Shown: positions 12,501-20,832 of the stretch, one piece after another
Position numbering within the stretch: the stretch's first letter is position 1
How the letters are laid out: every line of letters begins with the position of its first letter
Assembly: GCA_023515795.1 (NCBI GenBank)
Contig: JALGPX010000118.1
Span: 1-34,035, forward strand
Source: Amoeboaphelidium occidentale
Taxonomy: Eukaryota
Reading direction: 5' to 3'
Length of the DNA stretch: 34,035 nucleotides
The notes under the pieces: model-generated
What the model saw: only the letters and a program-made list of their open reading frames with translations
What the model was told of the DNA's origin: nothing
Databases searched by the model: none
Translations under genes and position numbers: made by a program

Positions 12501-13721
12501 TAGTCTTTCATTGACTACATTGTTATCGATGTCTATGATTATAACATCTTCAGGAACATCAACAGCTGTTCCATCGACTTTACATATACCAATTATAAAA
12601 GGGACGGGCGCCTGCAAAACATCAATAAGACTGTTGCATAAGACTGGAATATAAATGTGTTGCCAATAAAAAGGATATAAAAAATGCATTAGCGATTCCA
12701 TAACTGGCGTGAGAAGACTGACATGAGTAGAAAGAAATACCATCTTGCTTTCCAGAGAGATAAGTTCAACTATTCGAACAATATTCTCAATTGATAGACA
12801 AGCAAACAATGGATAATAAGAGAAATTCTTGATAATCGGAATACAGTTCAGGGGAGGTCGTACTATTTTGAGAGAATACTTTTCATCCATTTTGAGAACC
12901 AATTCCAGTTTACCTGAAGGAGGCAATGGAATTTCATCAACAAAGTTTACAAGATACCTCTCTAAAGGCGCCTGAAGTCTCTTTTCCACTAGCACATTGT
13001 ACAAGACATACTGCAGCCAGTTTTTATGCACTTTGAAGAACGGCCAATGGCTTTTGACGCCTATACAGATCGGTAATCGCAGATCATCCAATGATACCAG
13101 ATCTTTTTCATACGTAGCGAGCTGAGCAGAATACAATGACAATCTTTCTTCCAGAGCAAGCCGATTCTCTTTATAAAAAGGATCGTTTCCCATGCTTTGC
13201 AACTTTCGATGATCTTCCTTCCACTTTTCAAGAACTGCAGCTGCGTATTCCATCTCAGAGGAATCCAATTTCTGTCGATGCTTATCAATAATAGAACTTA
13301 TTTTCTTGCGCAATGAGGGTAGTTTGATTTCCTCGTAGAATGTGATAGTTGTGACATACTGTTTCATACCAGATTCGTCTGTAAGAACGAATGAATGAGA
13401 TGAAGGTAGAGAATGATCATGAAAAGGTCCCACAGATTTTCGCCCCATCTTGAGCCCACAAGGGAAACAGAACATTGAGACATTGGCTAGTACTTGATCT
13501 TTCTTATGACTATCACCGGAAGCTTTAGCAGGATATTGATACAAAAGTGACGGACTGAATCGAATATCCACAGGATGAGTCTTTCCTTCTTCGTATGTCT
13601 GCTGAGACCCCTCTGTTACCCCGTATGCAAAGAACCCATCGATCAGCTTTAGGTTTCCACTGTTAACACTCATAACCTTGAAACGATCTACGAAGTCGCT
13701 TGATTGATTTTGCGCACGCAT
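9552..13721 (-). CDS. DENN-domain Rab GEF-like protein with an embedded C1-type Cys/His domain and a proline-rich C-terminus
   Basis: uDENN MFCFPCG/HSFVLTDESG; cDENN YPFYWQHIYIPVL...LQAPVPFIIG; C1-like H...CSVC...CRSCGQLVHGDC...C; dDENN TQQFVQFL. Confidence 0.85.
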   Translation of the reverse strand: MRAQNQSSDFVDRFKVMSVNSGNLKLIDGFFAYGVTEGSQQTYEEGKTHPVDIRFSPSLLYQYPAKASGDSHKKDQVLANVSMFCFPCGLKMGRKSVGPFHDHSLPSSHSFVLTDESGMKQYVTTITFYEEIKLPSLRKKISSIIDKHRQKLDSSEMEYAAAVLEKWKEDHRKLQSMGNDPFYKENRLALEERLSLYSAQLATYEKDLVSLDDLRLPICIGVKSHWPFFKVHKNWLQYVLYNVLVEKRLQAPLERYLVNFVDEIPLPPSGKLELVLKMDEKYSLKIVRPPLNCIPIIKNFSYYPLFACLSIENIVRIVELISLESKMVFLSTHVSLLTPVMESLMHFLYPFYWQHIYIPVLCNSLIDVLQAPVPFIIGICKVDGTAVDVPEDVIIIDIDNNVVNERLIHRAHSNFESADMMALEAIRTKKIGFPLKERKKLVQRIGKAVRLSHKKFVPNDIKQPCDWNSFQSQELHLQKLKFQKVETEFHLLSREFQSRLRTTQFEDDKELPLPPAGSPERISTGDISEKIAKSGTSSYSGNNSVESLKVSALSPEFPHKLSVSPNKLDNHTKLISVKGITANNVHDRSNVITLINLNIPESSAQQSLTSQHQLDLDDIEERNLVYDTQEMRSYPYFCHVKNTSFVRTTVEHQDPVLAEGHDFVPVLLAYKSPKAVISVQENLSIGLCSVCNSEIKCTPLHVDQEAGHKLFVEKSRLMGPRDKAPLTTRGSAQKLLESTIIHQNLQCRSCGQLVHGDCVPRCFVRCPSCIHEQSIQASFFRFWISILKDYRNFMTYSKDDSAIESSSSSAASQDGRKHGGLFGIKSSIDKIGRWVSGNEVNLATKQDSSQIPDVPFFNVKDFIMASPSDHQPYSCGLICTQQFVQFLYDKSQSQDYESLLFDEAIILKRNRSKVKVQKDATPFLNDSHYKVQKVVEAMTPNLKGMTSTFYSYSEGFPNSLDSSQILAPRKFKPLINEKDNIRLRIYTNAVLRKHRWEQNQSKEGAYQKKMEYFAEWLKDSVIRPVFPVGNNSSKMGHARSKSQPKPDTTELRRANRFIPQKVPENQSLTVKQMKRSPSSQSSAFSTNRHQLGETSPVNPKHFFQDLDSVYAQLQSILSELEEHSWFDYGNIQQVARSSFSALDQRLTLKKDETAALDDYTGFVTHYESLSKEGRDDLVVFLSDITDALGELEKDVADFVERWDKSLAEDSVSVAESPVEKKSETSRSSFDLLKKQNDVEIHSKQALGSQSHEELAKAWRMESEEIRNLSQLISELRSKAEYYSSLTLPKLTRPPSKELPSIPSVPRPTAPPRKIPTNDRLNQLAQPEPVPPPRTNSIEFQNPPEEPTLQKRQTSLLTTEDKKDMPYLVLPWDTFEQKLERIISGKEQQQ

Positions 13722-14090
13722 GCTTTCATGCTTAATTGGAGACTATTTAAGATCATTACGACACTTCCTGTGTAAGGATAATACAAGAACGCTTTTACAT
13801 AAAATACGCCGTCTGCCTCTTTCTAGTACGAGAAAGCTTGGCTTCATGCTTGCGATTGATTTGAAACATGCCGAAAAGCGAAACCAAGATCTTGTATGGG
13901 CTTACCAGAACAGTCTGGTATACATAATTAGCAATTCTACCTTTCGACATACTCTAATTGACTTGAAACACAAAGACTATGATTATTGTCAAGATGTACA
14001 CGTGATGATCAGCTATATGGAGTGTCGGCACGTGTAAAATTTGATCAGTTTTTAAGCAGCTCCTGACAATATAAAACTTTTTTTACAAAA

Positions 14091-14465
14091 ATGAAAGCAG
14101 CATTTATCGTTTTGTTTCTACTTGGTTCAGTTCTTACAGCTCCAGCCAAACAAGGGAAAGGTAAAGCGCCGTCAAGCAGCAGCAGTCTGGGAGCATCAAA
14201 AAGTCAAGGAGTCAACAAGTACTTGTTCAATAAGAAAGGAAGAGTCTATTGGCGTAATGCAGAAGTTGCTGCTCTTACAGCTGGTGTTACCGCAGGCGGT
14301 ATCATTCTCAACAACTACATCATGGCAGAAATTGACAAAACAAAGTTGAGAAATGAAATTCAAGAATTGAGAAACGCACCTGGCGCAACACCTCCAACAA
14401 CTTCTCAGCCTGTTCTGCCACCAGGCATTCAAGCTCCTCCTGGGATTACAAACGGAAGAGTCTAA
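14091..14465 (+). CDS. Small secreted protein A (124 aa), paralog of 14720-14974
   Basis: Signal peptide MKAAFIVLFLLGSVLTAP; shared core W.N.EVAA...GV..GG.ILNNYI..EI...L...IQ.LR. Confidence 0.8.
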   Translation: MKAAFIVLFLLGSVLTAPAKQGKGKAPSSSSSLGASKSQGVNKYLFNKKGRVYWRNAEVAALTAGVTAGGIILNNYIMAEIDKTKLRNEIQELRNAPGATPPTTSQPVLPPGIQAPPGITNGRV

Positions 14466-14719
14466 TCCTTAAAGTTCTTCATTCTGATTAAAGCGTTTGA
14501 CACGTCTCTTCATTAATAAAAAAATCGTCTATATTACGAGCTTGTTATCGACTTTATTTGCCTTTTACTGCTCGTATCTATTGAGCTGAGAACCAAGTTT
14601 TGAGCATTTTTTGCCGTAGCCCCTTTGATCGCTGTACATGTGATCATCACGTTGATATTTGCGTATTTTTCACAGGGGCCAGACTCTTAGCATTTCCTTT
14701 TCTAAAAACCGAGTTTGAA

Positions 14720-14974
14720 ATGAAATCATCTACTATCGCATTATGCTTAATTGGCTCTTCTGTTTTGGTAAATGCTGCTCCGACCAGAATGATGGACGGA
14801 ACTAAAGTTGGTCCAAAGCTATGGAAAAACTGGGAAGTAGCCGCAGTTGCAACCGGTGTCGCAACTGGTGGTGTCATACTAAATAATTACATCAAGTCTG
14901 AAATTAAGCAAGCCAGACTTCAAGATAAAATTCAAAGGCTTCGTGAAAGACCACCGACAAGTGGAACATTTTAA
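14720..14974 (+). CDS. Small secreted protein B (84 aa), paralog of 14091-14465
   Basis: ATG at 14720 gives signal peptide MKSSTIALCLIGSSVLVNAAP; same conserved core; AATAAA downstream. Confidence 0.8.
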   Translation: MKSSTIALCLIGSSVLVNAAPTRMMDGTKVGPKLWKNWEVAAVATGVATGGVILNNYIKSEIKQARLQDKIQRLRERPPTSGTF

Positions 14975-15154
14975 TATTTCGATTCGGTGCAGGGCATCGA
15001 GAAAATTAATCTTTCTTATTCAATAAAAACGCTTTACTTCAGTCACCGTTTAAAGTTTGTCAACTGAATATGTGCTGAAATGATCGAATCAATTTATGTT
15101 ACATCTCGCGAAACGTGGTAGCGATCATGCAGAGAATAATATTTTCATTGTGCC

Positions 15155-15607
15155 ATGATAATGCGACTCGTATACCATTGCCTTATGGTGTTTTATCTAC
15201 TTATGGATGGTATTATTTGTCCTGCTGTGAGGCCAGTCTCTATTACTCGTCCTCAATCTGTCAACTACCATCACGAAATATTGAAGAACAGCAACAATAT
15301 GAAGCAGCTTAAACTACTGGAGAATCGCGCGTTAAGCTCGAGAAGATATCAAGATGCGATCACGTTCAGAAATCAACTATTGAAAGAACAAAGTTTCATG
15401 GAACAGAACCGTTTGCAAATCGCAAAAGCAAACAGAGTTTCTGTTGCTGGTGGCGCTTTGCTGGCAGGCGGTGTTGGTTTATCTTCTTTAGTTGTGGGAA
15501 CTCTTGTTGGCGCAAAACTAGCGATTGAAGCTTCAAAACATCAAGACAATAATTCTACGGTTGCTGCATCTTCAAATTCAACTGAAACAGCAACAAAAAA
15601 GCAATAA
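15155..15607 (+). CDS. Small putatively secreted or membrane protein C with a Gly-rich hydrophobic segment
   Basis: Hydrophobic N-terminus, a helical middle, then VAGGALLAGGVGLSSLVVGTLVGAKLA. No family recognised. Confidence 0.6.
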   Translation: MIMRLVYHCLMVFYLLMDGIICPAVRPVSITRPQSVNYHHEILKNSNNMKQLKLLENRALSSRRYQDAITFRNQLLKEQSFMEQNRLQIAKANRVSVAGGALLAGGVGLSSLVVGTLVGAKLAIEASKHQDNNSTVAASSNSTETATKKQ

Positions 15608-15624
15608 ACGCCACATTTTTATAA

Positions 15625-16776
15625 TTATTTAGTCTTTTTAGTCAGAGCGTTGTCTTCTTCCTTCATTCTCATATGTTCATATGTCTTCAAGGTCTTTCTC
15701 AATCCCTCTTCAACAGAGACTTGAGGAGCATATCCAAGTTCTTTCTTTGCACGCTCACATGAGTAATAATGGTGAGTTGCAGCAAGACAGATCTTAAACG
15801 GGCTCAAATCAGCCTGCTTTCCAAGTATCTGACAAACAAACGATATCAGATAACTCAAAGCCAAGATCAAGTAGAACGGCAAATGAACAGTAGGCCTCTT
15901 GTATCCCATAGCAACAATTAAAGCTACAACAAAACTCCAAAAGTGAACCGGCTCATCATTGGTAATATTATAAGCTTTTCCACAAACGCTTGTATCGCCT
16001 TGCAACAACTTGCAAGCAGCCAGACGTAATCCATACGTGACATTCCTGACATATGTGAAATCCACCAAGTTGGAGCCATCGCTAATCATCGTGTTACAAC
16101 ATGAAACAACAGTTAAAGTTACCCTATGATAAATTTCATCTTGCCTTCCTTTGCTTTCTTCAACATCTCGGAGACAGTGTGATCACCTTCGCCAAATATC
16201 CCATGCGGCCTGATAGCAACAGTATGCAGATCTTCGCAGTTTGCTTCTAGCACAACGCGTTCCTGTAGCATTTTTGTCTCCGTGTAGTAATCCAAAAAGC
16301 TTGAAGGATATGGTGTTGCCTCAGTAGCATCCTTCAAATCTGTTCCATTGTAAACTACACTACAACTGCTGACCAATACCAAATTCTATACAAGTTAACC
16401 CTAACAAGCTTTTTCATAATTGCGCACCTTGCAGCCAACTTGTTTGCAAACTTCAACCAAAAGCTCTGTGCCCTTCACATTAACTTTGTAAAAGACTTCT
16501 CTAATAAAGTATAAGCAGACCGGAATTATACAAGAACCTGTCATTCAAATGATATGGAGGCGATGCGCAATGGAACACGACATCCTGTCCAGAGACAACT
16601 TGGCGCAATTTTGTTAAGTCTTCAAGATTCCCATCAACGTGTTCAACATTCTCAGATACCGGAGCAGAACGATGAATAAGATCAAAGGAAGTTATTTTCT
16701 CATAGCCAGCATCAAGCAGCTCCAATATCAAATGCTTCCCAAGGAATCCCCCGCCGCCAATTACCAGCGCCTTCAT
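15625..16776 (-). CDS. ERG26: Sterol-4-alpha-carboxylate 3-dehydrogenase (NSDHL/Erg26); introns 16501-16537, 16386-16427, 16082-16122
   Basis: Rossmann motif VIGGGGFLG; VFHCASP; KVNVKGT; YxxxK (YTETK); IRPHGIFGEGD; IG|DGSNLVDFTYV. Three short GT-AG introns join the ORF pieces in frame. Confidence 0.9.
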
Positions 16777-16813
16777 TTCTTTGTCTCAACACAAAAAAAA
16801 TCAGATGAGATTT

Positions 16814-17723
16814 CTATTTTCCAGTGTAAACAGGTTCACGCTTTTCTTTGAATGCCAATAATCCTTCTTCTCTGTCTTTAGTTGGCACGACCATTTGATA
16901 ACATTCTTGTTCAACTTTGAGCGCATTCTCAATGCTTAATTGTTGCATACCTTCATCGATTGCCTTCTTTGCAGCTCTTAATGCAATTGGCCCATTCTTT
17001 GATATCTTTTCTGCCATTTGCATAGCCAAGTCTTTGCCACTTCCCTGCGGAGAGTACGCTGAAACAAGCCCAATATCAAATGCTTCTTTGGGTGCAAGTC
17101 TTTTCGCAGTATAAATGAGTTCCTTAGCTTTAGATACTCCCAATATCCGAGGAAGTCTCTGAGTGCCACCAGCCCTTCATGAGAAAATAATTATGCGCAT
17201 GCCTAATAGTAAATATTACCCTGGAATGATTGCAAGACCTGTCTCAGGCAAGCCAAACAATGCGCCACTGCCAGAAACACGTAAATCACAGCACAAGGCC
17301 AATTCTAAACCACCCCCTAAGGCAGCCCCATCTATAACAGCAACAGTTGGAATTGGAAGAAGTTCTAGGCGTCTGAATGCTTTCCGCAACTCAGACACAA
17401 ATAACGGAACCTCTTCCTTACTCATTCTAGCACGCTCTTTCAAGTCAGCTCCAGCACAAAACACTTTTTCTACTGTAGATTCCACAAGGAGCACACGGAT
17501 AGATGAGGGCTTTGATAATTCATTGAGACATTCATTCAATTGGGTCAAAGTTAACTTTCCCAAAGAATTTCTTGAAGCAGGCCTATTAAGACACAACGTA
17601 GCGATCCCTTAAATGTGAAATTTTTATGAGGCGATGAATACCTGGAGTGTTCTGCTGCAGAAAAACTTCTCTGCTCTTATCCGAGACCTGCGACAGGCAA
17701 CGACGCAAAACTTTTAAGATCAT
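16814..17723 (-). CDS. AUH: Methylglutaconyl-CoA hydratase (crotonase family); introns 17608-17641 and 17175-17219
   Basis: Mitochondrial-like leader MILKVLRRCLS; LNRPASRNSL; FCAGADLKER; ALGGGLELALCCD; GLPETGLAIIPG|AGGTQRL; DREEGLLAFKEKR. Confidence 0.9.
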
Positions 17724-18017
17724 TTGCACAAAATAAGCACGCGGTCATAGTCGAACCGTAAGGTAGATGTAGTCTATAGTAGGCGGACTGGTATTTAACT
17801 ATGACGATTTCACGAGTGTTTTTGGATATGATCATGCCGAACCTAAGTTTCATTGAACAGGAGCGCTTAGACAACGGAAACCAAAGGAAATCGCGTGTGT
17901 ACCAGATAATATATCGTCTAATTGAAGCGATTTAGCGTGTTGAATGATGATCTAATTGGCTAAACTTGCTCCGACAAGTTGTCCCACCTCAAACAAGAAA
18001 TTTTCTTTCATAAAATC

Positions 18018-20039
18018 ATGAATCGCGGTCGAGGACACAACAGAAATAATAACAGAGGCGGCGGTAACCGTTCGTCATATCATCACCAAAATCATCAGCA
18101 GCAGCAACCTGTAGCGCCTCAAAGCGGAATGGCCCCGCCTGTTGACCCTGTAATGCTTCAAATGTTGTTGACCCAAAACCCAGCGGCTGCAGCTGCTTTA
18201 GGACAAGCGGGACAGTATTCTTTAGGCGTACCTCAATTCCCCCAGATGGGATCTCAAGCGCAGCTTAACAATTGGATGCCTCCTGGCGGCGTAGCACCAC
18301 CTGCTCATCAACCTCAGCAAGATTATGGAAATCAACAACAATTCCCTTATCAGCCTCAAATTGATCCTCAACAATATGCTATTTGGTATGCGTCAATGCA
18401 GCAGCAACAACAACAGCAACAAACTCAGCCGTACATGCAAGCACCTCCTCCGATCGGTAGGCCTCCGCTGCCTCAACAACAACAGATGCCTTATAATCAG
18501 GATGGCGCAGGTAGAGGTGGTAACCAAGGCCAAATGCATTCCGGAAACTCTGCAGTTAGTATGCCATTGAATGATGACGGAGATGAAATTCCAAGTAGAA
18601 CGCTGTTTATTAGGAATATTGAGTACACCATCACCTGTGAGCGAGTTCGACAGGATTTCAGTCAATTTGGTGACATTAAGGAGTGCTATTTTCTGCAGAA
18701 TAAGAAAGGTCTGGCTTTCTGTACGTTTTTTGATATTCGCGCTGCTGCGAAAGCCAAGGAAACCATGCAGAATTACAAGTATAACGGTCGACCAGTAGAC
18801 GTTCATTATTCTGCGCCTAAGGAAGAAGATTTAAATGCCAAGAAATGTGAGAAGGATAAAAATCAAGCGTCTTTGTTGGTGAGCTTAGATTTGAATGATA
18901 AATCCCTTGGTGACGCTGATCCAAGTAAGCTTGTTAATTTGTCAAGACAATTCATAATTTTCCCTTATTTAGCTACCATTGACAATGAGCAATTGAAGCA
19001 ATTCTTAGAACAATATGGTGAAGTGAAAAGAGTGAGATATTTCAAGGAGTTTCAAAGAAAACGTTTTGTTGAATTCTACGATATTCGTGGCTGTGAAGCT
19101 GCATATGATAATGCTCAAGGCGCACCTTTCCAAAATGGGACGCTCCGATTTGAACTTGCATGGGATGTTCCACAGAAGATGAGACTAGAATTCGTGAGAG
19201 CAACTCAAGTTAAACGTGCACAAAGAGACTATTTGCATAAGCAAGGAAAAGGCATACCTGCACATCCTCCTAACATGATGCCAATGCCTAATTCTTATTC
19301 TTCGGGACCTCAGAACAAAAGAAAAATGGATCATGGGAGTGATGATAGTCGTGGTGGAAACAAGAGGAACTACAGACAACAAGGGTATCAACAGTCTCAT
19401 GGAACAGCACCAACCGGTTATTCTTCTGTACCTGTTCCGCCAGTTCCCGTCGCTGTTCCTCCACCTATGAATCACGGTTTGGTACCTTCTTACAGCGTGT
19501 CAGGATGGGATAATAGCGGCATACCTCAAGATAAACCGGCTCCTCCAGTCTTACCGGTCGTTCAGCAGCCAATTGTGTCGCCTATAACGGCACCTCCACC
19601 GCCTTTTGGTAATCAGCAAAATGAAACGAAACCATCTCTGCCGAAACAAGCAGCACAACCAGCATTTGATCCTCAGAAGTTAATGAGCTTGATTTCTAAA
19701 GGAAGCCTTCCAACTCCAGCAAGTTCTGTTACAAAAGAAAGTGAAGCAAAGAAGGAAAATAGCAATGGTGAAACTAAGAGTGAAGAAGTGAACAAATCGA
19801 CGGAAAAGTCCAGTGAACAGGATAATAATCAACTGAGCCAAATATTAGGTTTAATTAGTAGTGCTGCAGCATCATCTAGCAGTGTAAAAAATAGGACCAC
19901 TGATACTAAACCTAAATCCCCTGAAAGGCCAAAAGACCCTAGACTTGCTCAAGTCGCGAGTTCTAGCGTGCCTGCTTTAGAACTTTTAACTACAAAGGAA
20001 ACTAAAGAACCTAGCAGTGATGGCGAAGTTTACGATTAG
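18018..20039 (+). CDS. Mei2/AML-like two-RRM RNA-binding protein with a Q/P-rich low-complexity N-terminus; probable in-frame intron 18925-18972
   Basis: PSRTLFIRNI, FFDIRAAAKA, DVHYSAPK, NQASLLV and FVEFYDIR resemble Mei2-family RRM1/RRM2. No RRM3 motif recognised. Confidence 0.75.
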   Translation: MNRGRGHNRNNNRGGGNRSSYHHQNHQQQQPVAPQSGMAPPVDPVMLQMLLTQNPAAAAALGQAGQYSLGVPQFPQMGSQAQLNNWMPPGGVAPPAHQPQQDYGNQQQFPYQPQIDPQQYAIWYASMQQQQQQQQTQPYMQAPPPIGRPPLPQQQQMPYNQDGAGRGGNQGQMHSGNSAVSMPLNDDGDEIPSRTLFIRNIEYTITCERVRQDFSQFGDIKECYFLQNKKGLAFCTFFDIRAAAKAKETMQNYKYNGRPVDVHYSAPKEEDLNAKKCEKDKNQASLLVSLDLNDKSLGDADPSKLVNLSRQFIIFPYLATIDNEQLKQFLEQYGEVKRVRYFKEFQRKRFVEFYDIRGCEAAYDNAQGAPFQNGTLRFELAWDVPQKMRLEFVRATQVKRAQRDYLHKQGKGIPAHPPNMMPMPNSYSSGPQNKRKMDHGSDDSRGGNKRNYRQQGYQQSHGTAPTGYSSVPVPPVPVAVPPPMNHGLVPSYSVSGWDNSGIPQDKPAPPVLPVVQQPIVSPITAPPPPFGNQQNETKPSLPKQAAQPAFDPQKLMSLISKGSLPTPASSVTKESEAKKENSNGETKSEEVNKSTEKSSEQDNNQLSQILGLISSAAASSSSVKNRTTDTKPKSPERPKDPRLAQVASSSVPALELLTTKETKEPSSDGEVYD

Positions 20040-20104
20040 GGCATAGTAATAAATGTGACAGAGATTAAGATTGCGACGAGGAGTAACTTGTTTTATTCTC
20101 GCGG

Positions 20105-20173
20105 ATCCGGTCGGTGTTGTCTGGAAAATCCGGTCGGTGCGAGCAGCTTACCGGATTGAGCCGGATTACACCG
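20105..20173. repeat. GC-rich direct and inverted repeat cluster (candidate transposon left end)
   Basis: ATCCGGTCGGTG at 20105 and 20128; CCGGATT at 20151 and 20161; 20127-20134 pairs with 20150-20157; 20112-20117 pairs with 20168-20173. Confidence 0.65.
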
Positions 20174-20328
20174 TATTTAGCCTTAAACCAATAGAGCTCA
20201 AGCGTACTAGACTAGTATCACCCCCTACCATACCCGGCTATAGATTATACCTGATATCTACCGGAAGGAAGGGTTACTGTGGTCACTAGCATCACTAGGA
20301 GCCATCTGACCATATGTCCTGCACATCC

Positions 20329-20511
20329 TGTTGAGAGTGCTTGAACCTTGACCACCACCATGATCTCCATTACATGAAACAGTACCGAAACTGTACAATA
20401 TTACACAACCAATAGTAAAACAATATCTGAAACTGTGTCCATTAACCATGAATATTTATGCACAGTCAGAATTAATCACAATAAAACAAGTGATAAATCG
20501 TAATTACAACA
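20329..20511 (+). mobile_element. 5' LTR of a Ty1/Copia retrotransposon (183 bp)
   Basis: Starts TGTTG and ends CAACA (terminal inverted repeat); AATAAA at 20480; followed immediately by a PBS and a gag ATG. No second LTR in the window. Confidence 0.8.
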
Positions 20512-20525
20512 CGTTATCAGCACCA
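20512..20525 (+). promoter_or_regulatory. Primer-binding site CGTTATCAGCACCA, complementary to the anticodon arm of tRNA-Ile(IAU)
   Basis: Reverse complement of the eukaryotic tRNA-Ile segment UGGUGCU-IAU-AACG, with I34 pairing to C. Abuts the LTR end. Confidence 0.7.
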
Positions 20526-20528
20526 ATA

Positions 20529-20830
20529 ATGAACTCCAAAGATAAAATTCTTGATAAAACCATCATGAAGTACAATGGAAACAACTTCTCCCTGTTCGAG
20601 AATCGTATCTCCGAATTACTTGAAGCCAACGGTCTTGAAGGGTTCTTGAATGATTCAGAACCTGAACCTGCATTGCCTGATAATCCCACGGATGCCCAAA
20701 AAAAAGACATACTCTATGGAAACAACGTAAAGCGCAAGCATTAGTTCTTATCAAAAACAACTGTGATGAGATGCGGCAAGCCATGGTTCAAACTTTGAGG
20801 GATCCTAAAGAACTTATGAATACAATTGTG
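20529..20830 (+). pseudogene. gag: Copia gag N-terminal fragment (DUF4219/Retrotran_gag_2-like), frameshifted at A8 20698-20705 and truncated
   Basis: KYNGNNFSLFENRISELLEANGLEGFLNDSEPEP, then in the -1 frame RHTLWKQRKAQALVLIKNNCDEMRQAMVQTLRDPKELMNTI. Both halves fit the Copia gag pattern. Confidence 0.8.
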
Positions 20831-20832
20831 CC

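Noticed and set aside
13720..14037. 105-aa ORF head-to-head with the DENN gene
   Set aside because: No recognisable motifs; it overlaps the divergent promoter region.
20105..20173. Mini CRISPR-like array
   Set aside because: Only two 12-bp repeats with an 11-bp spacer, in a eukaryotic context with no cas genes.
20324..20328. Copia target-site duplication CATCC
   Set aside because: There is no 3' LTR, so no partner copy can be tested.
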